A DNA stretch of 49,520 nucleotides from an uncultured Pseudobdellovibrionaceae bacterium (GTDB lineage: Bacteria; Bdellovibrionota; Bdellovibrionia; Bdellovibrionales; UBA840). A program made the translations under genes and the position numbers. Positions 9,946 to 15,486 of this stretch are shown here, in pieces; positions within the stretch are counted from its first letter, which is position 1; the number at the start of each line of letters is the position of its first letter. The notes below the pieces were generated by a model, which had not been told where the DNA came from, searched no databases, and saw nothing but the letters and a program-made list of their open reading frames with translations. The DNA is taken from positions 1 to 49,520 of the forward strand of contig CAZZCP010000009.1 of assembly GCA_964653235.1 (NCBI GenBank), given 5' to 3'.

Positions 9946-10197
9946 CTACTCGGCCTTTTTAAACACATTCCAAAGTCGCTCGATGTCCTCTTTCAAAAGC
10001 TTGCTCAAAAATGAAGTGTAAGGCAAACCTTGAGCCGCGGCCAATTTCTTCGCCTTTTCTAGAGTGTCCTTTTTCAATCGCATATTCACTTGTTGAGACT
10101 TTAACAGCGGAACATCGGTTCGAGCTTCAGCCCGTTTTTCTATTTCAAGTATTTGCTTCTTCGCTATAGTTTCCAGTTTCGATTTTTTCTTCTTCAT
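9946..10197 (-). CDS. ribbon-helix-helix, BrnA/CopG-like antitoxin
   Basis: MKKKKSKLE...QVNMRLKKDTLEKAKKLAAAQGLPYTSFLSKLLKEDIERL resembles the BrnA/CopG C-terminal pattern (MRL...G.PY.S.L...L). It starts 13 nt after the stop of the upstream small ORF. Confidence 0.6.
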   Translation of the reverse strand: MKKKKSKLETIAKKQILEIEKRAEARTDVPLLKSQQVNMRLKKDTLEKAKKLAAAQGLPYTSFLSKLLKEDIERLWNVFKKAE

Positions 10198-10210
10198 AAT
10201 TAAAACCTCG

Positions 10211-10531
10211 TTACTTCTTCTTAGTTTTTCGGCGATACACGCTGACCACACCTAAAACTTCCAATTTTTCACCCTCGAAAAGCCAGATCAGACGATAAAC
10301 CTTAACGGGCTCTCCCCACTCAATGTCGGCAGCAAAATACTCAAGCCCTTCAGTTGTAGAATCCACCGGGAAGTTTCCACCGTCGAGAGCCGTCACAAGT
10401 TCTAAGATGATTTCGTCATTCAAGTAGCTGCTATGCTTTTCAAGATAGTGACGACCAATAAGCACCATTGATACTTCATGACCATTCACTGTGATCTCGA
10501 GCTCATATTGAGTGGGTTTAGAGTCCGCCAT
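10211..10531 (-). CDS. toxin-like small protein of unrecognised family (upstream partner of the RHH antitoxin)
   Basis: 106 aa. HYLEKHSSYLNDEIILELV and a C-terminal YRLIWLFEGEKLEVLGVVSVYRRK are faintly RelE/ParE-like. A decayed paralog lies at 13043-13260. Confidence 0.45.
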   Translation of the reverse strand: MADSKPTQYELEITVNGHEVSMVLIGRHYLEKHSSYLNDEIILELVTALDGGNFPVDSTTEGLEYFAADIEWGEPVKVYRLIWLFEGEKLEVLGVVSVYRRKTKKK

Positions 10532-10723
10532 ATCCTATACATCATATATTATAAACAACTGTAAATACACACTTTTTATTTTTATATATATAGTATTTTT
10601 GAGTTACATTCTTCTTTGAGGTCAGATTGGTTGATTTAGTAAATTTATGATTCCTTTTAAATTGCGCAAAAAAAGTGAACCACCATGTTTAAAGAAATAC
10701 TCAATCTGAGTCGCTACCGAGAC

Positions 10724-10786
10724 TGCCACTTAGGTGCCGCTGACCACCTAAGCCCTTGAAAAATTCAGGTTGGGTCGGTCGCCCTA
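10724..10786 (+). repeat. structured ~63-nt direct repeat, copy 1, with a tRNA-His 3'-end-like tail
   Basis: About 90% identical to 14597-14660. Contains hairpin CTTAGGTG-ccgctgac-CACCTAAG and a second imperfect hairpin CCCTTGAA..TTCAGG. The last 23 nt match tRNA-His 9821-9843 at 17/23. Confidence 0.8.
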
Positions 10787-10802
10787 TTATACCATTATAT
10801 GG

Positions 10803-10829
10803 TTGATATTTACCAATAAGTGGTATATA
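10803..10829 (+). promoter_or_regulatory. candidate promoter with extended -10, giving a near-leaderless mRNA
   Basis: TTGATA (10803-10808), a 15-nt spacer containing TGG, then TATATA (10824-10829). ATG 10838 is only 8 nt downstream, with no SD. Confidence 0.3.
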
Positions 10830-10837
10830 ACTTAAAC

Positions 10838-11170
10838 ATGCTAGAAGGTGTATTTGGCAATAAAACGGCAGAAAAAGTTCTTCTCCACATATTTCATTAT
10901 GGGGAGTCTTATGCATCTGCTATTTCAAAAGATTTTGAAACAGCATTAAATCCTGTTATTCAACAACTCAATCGTTTTGAAGTTTCAGGAATTTTGGTTT
11001 CGAAAACAGTGGGCAGATCAAGAGTTTATATCTTCAATCCAAAATCTCCTCTTGTAGGCCCGGTGAAGGATCTCATTGAACTCGCTTATGAGTCTATTCC
11101 TCTGAAAGAGAGACAGAGGATCTTTAAAGCCCGTCGTCGGCCGCGTCGAAAAGGCAAACCTGTCACATGA
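10838..11170 (+). CDS. winged-helix DNA-binding protein (AbiEi-like or ArsR/MarR-like), putative antitoxin
   Basis: AEKVLLHIFHYGESYASAISKDFETALNPVIQQLNRFEVSGILVSKTVGRSRVYIFN has a wHTH pattern, followed by a basic tail RRRPRRKGK. ATGA overlap with the next gene. Confidence 0.55.
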   Translation: MLEGVFGNKTAEKVLLHIFHYGESYASAISKDFETALNPVIQQLNRFEVSGILVSKTVGRSRVYIFNPKSPLVGPVKDLIELAYESIPLKERQRIFKARRRPRRKGKPVT

Positions 11171-11703
11171 AAGAACCAAATTGGGAGAACTGCACAGAGA
11201 AAGATGTCTGGGAGTATGTCGGCTGGCATTTAGCTAAAAATGGTATAAACACCATCTTGGTTGGCGGAGCAGTTTGTGCCATATACTCTGGGGGAGCCTA
11301 TCAATCAGGAGACTTAGACTTCGTTGAGCTTACTTACCAAAAAGATGCGGTTCCTCAAATCATGGAGTCGATCGGTTTTAAAAAGACATTAGGTCGTCAT
11401 TACATCCATCCTAAATGCAATAAATTTGTCGAGTTTTGTGCGGGTCCCGTTGGGATTGGCGATGACATCAATATCAAACCTGATGAAAAAAAAGTTGCGG
11501 GGCAAACTCTATATATATTCTCGCCAACAGATTGCATTCGAGATAGATTGGCTTCGTATATCCATTTCAAAGCCCGTGAATGTTTGGACCAAGCAGCTTT
11601 GGTAGCAAAACGCCTTCCATTTAATCGTTCGAAAGTGAAGGAATGGTGTAAAAAAGAAGGTGCTCCACATGCCTATGATGAGTTGCTAAAGAAGCTAAAG
11701 TGA
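11167..11703 (+). CDS. small nucleotidyltransferase-fold protein (AbiEii-like or minimal NTase-like)
   Basis: ILVGGAVCAIYSGGAYQSGDLDFVE fits the Pol-beta NTase signature G[GS]x(9-16)DxD. Translationally coupled to the wHTH gene. Confidence 0.5.
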   Translation: MKEPNWENCTEKDVWEYVGWHLAKNGINTILVGGAVCAIYSGGAYQSGDLDFVELTYQKDAVPQIMESIGFKKTLGRHYIHPKCNKFVEFCAGPVGIGDDINIKPDEKKVAGQTLYIFSPTDCIRDRLASYIHFKARECLDQAALVAKRLPFNRSKVKEWCKKEGAPHAYDELLKKLK

Positions 11704-11976
11704 TCACTCATATACTTCTTTTCGATGAGCAATTTGAATTACAATCACTTTTTCTAAATTTTCATCAATTTTATAAATGATTCTGTAGTCTTCTACCCGA
11801 AGTCTTCTTAATCCTTTGAGTGAATGCCTGAGTGGTTTTCCGAATCGAATGGGATCGACTTGCAATTTCTTTTCAATCGCTTTTTTTATTTTTCTTTTTA
11901 CAGGTAAAGATAGCTTGGGTATCTGATTTTTTACAACATCAGGAAGATATAGAATCTCATACATATTTATGACCAA
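11704..11976 (-). CDS. RelE/ParE-family type II toxin
   Basis: LRRLRVEDYRIIYKIDENLEKVIVIQIAHRKEVYE is a classic RelE/StbE C-terminus. Alternative start ATG 11964 (MYEILYL). Confidence 0.85.
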   Translation of the reverse strand: MVINMYEILYLPDVVKNQIPKLSLPVKRKIKKAIEKKLQVDPIRFGKPLRHSLKGLRRLRVEDYRIIYKIDENLEKVIVIQIAHRKEVYE

Positions 11977-12212
11977 GCATCATCATGTTCAATCAGGTTC
12001 TGCTCATCCATTTCATCGATTGCTTTATCACCATGCTTTGAAAAATATAGGTCTTCTTGCATTTCAAGAGCCTCTTCCACAAGATCATGAGTCAGAGAGG
12101 AAACAGAGACCCCTCTTTTCTTTGCCAATTTATCGAGCTCTTTATGAACTTTGTCAGAAACAGGGATCTGGATTCTTTTTTTTGATGTAGGCAATTTAAA
12201 ACTCCTTTGCAT
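11967..12212 (-). CDS. ribbon-helix-helix antitoxin (RelB/CopG-like), partner of the RelE/ParE toxin
   Basis: RIQIPVSDKVHKELDKLAKKRGVSVSSLTHDLVEEAL is an RHH pattern, with an acidic C-terminus. Lies directly upstream of the toxin. Confidence 0.75.
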   Translation of the reverse strand: MQRSFKLPTSKKRIQIPVSDKVHKELDKLAKKRGVSVSSLTHDLVEEALEMQEDLYFSKHGDKAIDEMDEQNLIEHDDAWS

Positions 12213-12214
12213 TA

Positions 12215-12231
12215 GTGTACCAAAAGTACAC
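12215..12231. promoter_or_regulatory. palindromic operator candidate upstream of the RHH/RelE operon
   Basis: GTGTAC-caaaa-GTACAC inverted repeat immediately 5' of the antitoxin start codon. Confidence 0.3.
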
Positions 12232-12281
12232 CACTAAGTAAAGAAATAACCTACTGTGTGTCATTAGGGAGAGCAATACAA

Positions 12282-12311
12282 GCTGTGACTGACAACCTAA
12301 AGCCTTGAAAT
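12282..12311 (+). repeat. degenerate partial copy of the islet repeat
   Basis: GCTGTGACTGACAACCTAAAGCCTTGAAATG versus GGTGCCACTGACCACCTAAGCCCTTGAAAG in the full copies. The 3' tRNA-like tail is missing. Confidence 0.5.
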
Positions 12312-12438
12312 GCTAAAGATGTTCGAAGCATCCTATTTCGGATTTTTATGTCCGAGAATCCTTTTTTCGGATTTGTTAACGAATTTAGATGTAGATGAAT
12401 TTGGCTTGATCATTGCTAAACATAAACTAGGAGGATTT

Positions 12439-12798
12439 ATGAATAGTAGAAGTTCGAATTACAAAATTAGATTAATAAAGAAATCAAAAATAAATTTATC
12501 AATAGAAGATAGAATACAGAAATTAGAAAAAGAAATTGAAAAATTTAATAAGAAATCAAAATTTAAAAAAATCAGTAAAGATTCAATAGAATGCAAGACA
12601 GAGATAATGGCCTATTGTGGTGAAAGTATTGAAGGAAAACAAAGATTTGTTGAAATATATGGTGAAAACAGAGGTTTTGAAATAGCTGTGCCTACGTCTA
12701 TTTTAAATTTTCTATCTTATGGCGATACTTTCTTAATGACATTCGGACGAATAAATCTTTTTTACGAATTACTTTTTTGCAGTAAGCCCTATCAATAA
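12439..12798 (+). CDS. hypothetical protein, very AT-rich orphan
   Basis: Strong SD AGGAGG (12429-12434) before ATG 12439. Lys-rich N-terminal half. No motif recognised. The upstream extension to 12310 is unlikely. Confidence 0.45.
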   Translation: MNSRSSNYKIRLIKKSKINLSIEDRIQKLEKEIEKFNKKSKFKKISKDSIECKTEIMAYCGESIEGKQRFVEIYGENRGFEIAVPTSILNFLSYGDTFLMTFGRINLFYELLFCSKPYQ

Positions 12799-12890
12799 AT
12801 TCTTGTTTGATCCAATATTTGTAGCCGTTTGATTTTCAAAGAGAACTAAGAATAGATTTTTATCTGAATTTGAAAATACTCAATACTTAT

Positions 12891-13085
12891 TTAGGAAACC
12901 TTTAACTTAATTTTATGATCTGGTCTTACTTGACTGAGTAAACCTAGAAGACGGTCGGTACTTATGCCATCAATTCGGTGATGAAAAATTCGACTAAGAT
13001 CAGCTTCTGGAACACTCAAAGTTTCTGCAAGTTCGACATTCTTTAATTCATTCTCATGTTTATAGGCAAGAAGAGCTTGTAGTAT
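12891..13085 (-). pseudogene. XRE-family HTH antitoxin fragment lacking a start
   Basis: My own minus-strand translation gives ..NVELAETLSVPEADLSRIFHHRIDGISTDRLLGLLSQVRPDHKIKLKVS*. It is bounded upstream by an in-frame TAA (13086-13088), with no ATG, GTG or early TTG. Confidence 0.55.
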
Positions 13086-13260
13086 TTAGCTCTCAAAAGC
13101 AGCCTATTTGTCGCAAAGTATTCGTATCTACCAATTCACTTCTCGGGTTCAGCTCTATAACCATCCAGAAGCTTACAAGTTCTAGTTTAAGTTCATCATT
13201 TATAGTGTCGCTGTGTTTTTCTTCATAATGGGAGTCAATAATGACTTTTTCAAGTATCTT
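13043..13260 (-). pseudogene. 5'-truncated, frameshifted paralog of the toxin-like gene 10211..10531
   Basis: The minus strand reads KILEKVIIDSHYEEKHSDTINDELKLELV. After a frameshift it reads KLLDGYRAEPEK*IGRYEYFATN...KYYKLFL. This parallels RHYLEKHSSYLNDEIILELVTALDGG...LEYFAAD...KVYRLIWL. Confidence 0.5.
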
Positions 13261-13264
13261 TCAA

Positions 13265-13954
13265 TTAACCCGTCAGTTTTTCTAAGTCTGGCACAGCTTC
13301 AAGAGACTTCCAGATCCGAGTGGCCGTTGAAGTGTTACAGCCAGCAATTTTAGCTGCTTGATAAGCCGTTCTAGCATTCTCTGATGATTTTAGGTAGATG
13401 ATATCTGACCGATAATTCGAGCCAATCATTGCCCTAAGTTTTAACCAGGAGTGATTTTTTAGTATTCTTTCTAGGGTAAAAAACTTTTTAGGTGGCACCT
13501 CGTAAAATGCCCTTGTTTTAACTCCAAAGTGTAACAATGCGGGTTCAGCTCCCCACTGCTTTATAAGTGAGGCATGGCACTCACTTTTAGGTGGATTTGT
13601 CATTTTAAGGCGCGGCTTATGGAGTTTTTTAAATGCTAATTTATAACGGTGGTCTCCCATTTCGACAAACTTTTCGCAAAGAGCTATCAACAACACCAAC
13701 TCATCAGATGTTAAGAAGGAGTTTTGAGCCAAACTAATTAACCGCTCCACATGAATCAAGCTTGAAAGTCGGTGTTTTAAAAGAGAATACGTCATAAAAA
13801 ATATATCATTGTATTCCCAATAAAAACGAAGGCTTTCTAAAATAAACTTTTCAGGATCAACGGGTTCTATTACCTTTTTAAAATTAAAAGCACAGCCAAG
13901 CGAGGTCAATTTTTCTATTATTTCATCACTATGATACCTACCTGCCACGTTCAA
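13265..13954 (-). CDS. hypothetical protein with a C-terminal helix-turn-helix, downstream partner of an NTase
   Basis: C-terminal ENARTAYQAAKIAGCNTSTATRIWKSLE looks like an HTH. One Rx5H string (RLSSLIH, residues 62-68) is only weak HEPN-like evidence. Overlaps the upstream NTase gene by 17 nt. Confidence 0.5.
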   Translation of the reverse strand: MNVAGRYHSDEIIEKLTSLGCAFNFKKVIEPVDPEKFILESLRFYWEYNDIFFMTYSLLKHRLSSLIHVERLISLAQNSFLTSDELVLLIALCEKFVEMGDHRYKLAFKKLHKPRLKMTNPPKSECHASLIKQWGAEPALLHFGVKTRAFYEVPPKKFFTLERILKNHSWLKLRAMIGSNYRSDIIYLKSSENARTAYQAAKIAGCNTSTATRIWKSLEAVPDLEKLTG

Positions 13955-14543
13955 TGCTCCTCGATTGCTCTAAGACCTCTTTGAAGCAAAGATCGACAAA
14001 ATCCTTATCTGGTGGTTTTTTAAGGCTTAAAATCCAGGTTCTAGAAAACTCAAGCTCAAGCTCAAGCTCAAGCTTGTTAGGCTTAAGGTCGATGAGATCA
14101 TCTTTATCGACTTGAGTGTGCCTTGTGCAATAGGCATTAAATTTAGTAGCTATAATATCTTTTCGCCCTAAAGATTTAACGATTATGGCCTCGCCCTTAA
14201 AAATCTCTATGCTTCGTTTTTGCCAGGCCTCGGGAAAGCTTCTTGAAAGGATACGGCCGGCACTATTGAGCCAAGTCAGGTCCATTCCAAATTCTTCACC
14301 AATTTCACCAGCTATCGACTGCAAAGTAGTATCCATTTCAGGTTCTACAAGGTCAATATCGATCGTTGAGCGGTCTTTACGAGCGATTCCCTGGATGATG
14401 AGGGAGCCGCTACCAAAAATGGTAAATTCCTGAGTTATACCCTCATCTTTAAGTTTCTTGTCTAAAATGCTAAATAGTTCGTGAATATTCGTCCTATCAA
14501 TCATATTTCCCAGTTTATCATAAATATGTGTATTATAAAGCAT
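13938..14543 (-). CDS. minimal nucleotidyltransferase-fold protein (MntA-like)
   Basis: FTIFGSGSLIIQGIARKDRSTIDIDLVEP fits GSx(n)DxD. DIDLVEP resembles DLDFVEL in the NTase at 11167..11703. Confidence 0.55.
   Translation of the reverse strand: MLYNTHIYDKLGNMIDRTNIHELFSILDKKLKDEGITQEFTIFGSGSLIIQGIARKDRSTIDIDLVEPEMDTTLQSIAGEIGEEFGMDLTWLNSAGRILSRSFPEAWQKRSIEIFKGEAIIVKSLGRKDIIATKFNAYCTRHTQVDKDDLIDLKPNKLELELELEFSRTWILSLKKPPDKDFVDLCFKEVLEQSRSIERGR
14049..14072. repeat. hexanucleotide tandem repeat (CTCAAG x4) inside the NTase gene
   Basis: Four perfect copies, in frame, encoding (EL)n: KLELELELEF. Confidence 0.9.
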
Positions 14544-14596
14544 ATTCTAGTTGCATATAATTGATCTCACAAATTCACCGTGGTCACTATTGGGAG

Positions 14597-14660
14597 TGCC
14601 ACTTAGGTGCCACTGACCACCTAAGCCCTTGAAAGAATTCAGGGTGGGTCGATCGCCCCA
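14597..14660 (+). repeat. structured ~63-nt direct repeat, copy 2, with a tRNA-His 3'-end-like tail
   Basis: TGCCACTTAGGTGCCACTGACCACCTAAGCCCTTGAAAGAATTCAGGGTGGGTCGATCGCCCCA. Same two hairpins as copy 1. The last 23 nt match the tRNA-His 3' end at 17/23 and end in CCCCA. Confidence 0.8.
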
Positions 14661-14779
14661 ATAAATTAACCAGCATGAAAAAATAGTGAAGAATCTATTC
14701 TGAACGAGGAGTCCCGCAGCCAAAGGCTGCTAATTGCCAAATTTTTACACCTACATCCGTGAATAACTAAACTAAGTCA

Positions 14780-14807
14780 TTGACTTACTGTGCCAATGAC
14801 TTACACT
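14780..14807 (+). promoter_or_regulatory. candidate brnTA promoter with a direct-repeat operator
   Basis: TTGACT (14780-14785), a 16-nt spacer, then TACACT (14802-14807). TGACTTAC occurs twice (14781 and 14796). ATG 14813 is 5 nt after the -10, with no SD. Confidence 0.3.
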
Positions 14808-14812
14808 AGGTT

Positions 14813-15106
14813 ATGAAATTTGAATGGGACTCTAAAAAAGAAAAGCAAAATTTAAATAAACATGGAATCTCATTTGATGAAGCATCCAAGATTTTTAAGG
14901 GGCGAGCTGATTATTTGGAATTTTATGATGAGTCTCGTTCTGAAGATGAAGATCGCTTTATTGCCATTGGATCAATCGCAAAAGGGCTCATAGTTGTTGT
15001 TTATGTAGAACGGGATTTTGATGTTATTCGTATTGTTTCGGCAAGAAAAGCAACTCGGTCTGAAGTGGTTTTATTTAACGATTTTAAACGAGGAAAGAAT
15101 AAATGA
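14813..15106 (+). CDS. brnT: BrnT-family (DUF497) toxin
   Basis: MKFEWDSKKEKQNLNKHGISFDEASKIF...DEDRFIAIG...VVVYVERDFDVIRIVSARKATRSE matches the BrnT pattern. Confidence 0.85.
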   Translation: MKFEWDSKKEKQNLNKHGISFDEASKIFKGRADYLEFYDESRSEDEDRFIAIGSIAKGLIVVVYVERDFDVIRIVSARKATRSEVVLFNDFKRGKNK

Positions 15107-15384
15107 GAGAATTGACTAAAAATGATTTTAAACGAGCTATATCTGGGAAATTACGCAGAAAAATTGCCGCCGGTAAGATTGAATCTGGCAAAGACATTGC
15201 TCAGTTGCGAAAGTTTGTTGATCTTACTCAGGCTGAGTTTGCTGATGCAATGGGGATTAGCGTGTATACCTTAAGAAACTGGGAACAAGGAAGACGCGTC
15301 CCTGTAGGGCCGGCTCTTGCTCTTTTACGTATTGCTGCACGACACCCCAGGATTATCCGAGCGAATTTAAATACAGTGGCTTGA
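15103..15384 (+). CDS. XRE-family HTH antitoxin, partner of BrnT
   Basis: LTQAEFADAMGISVYTLRNWEQGRRVPVGPALALLRIAARHP. ATGA overlap with brnT. Confidence 0.8.
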   Translation: MRELTKNDFKRAISGKLRRKIAAGKIESGKDIAQLRKFVDLTQAEFADAMGISVYTLRNWEQGRRVPVGPALALLRIAARHPRIIRANLNTVA

Positions 15385-15486
15385 TAATCTTCTTTAAAGC
15401 AAGCATCCCTTCAAGGTACAAGGGGTCATTATGAAAAAGTCTTTTTTAGACTTAAGTATAATTTTGAGACAACCGATAGTATCAAT

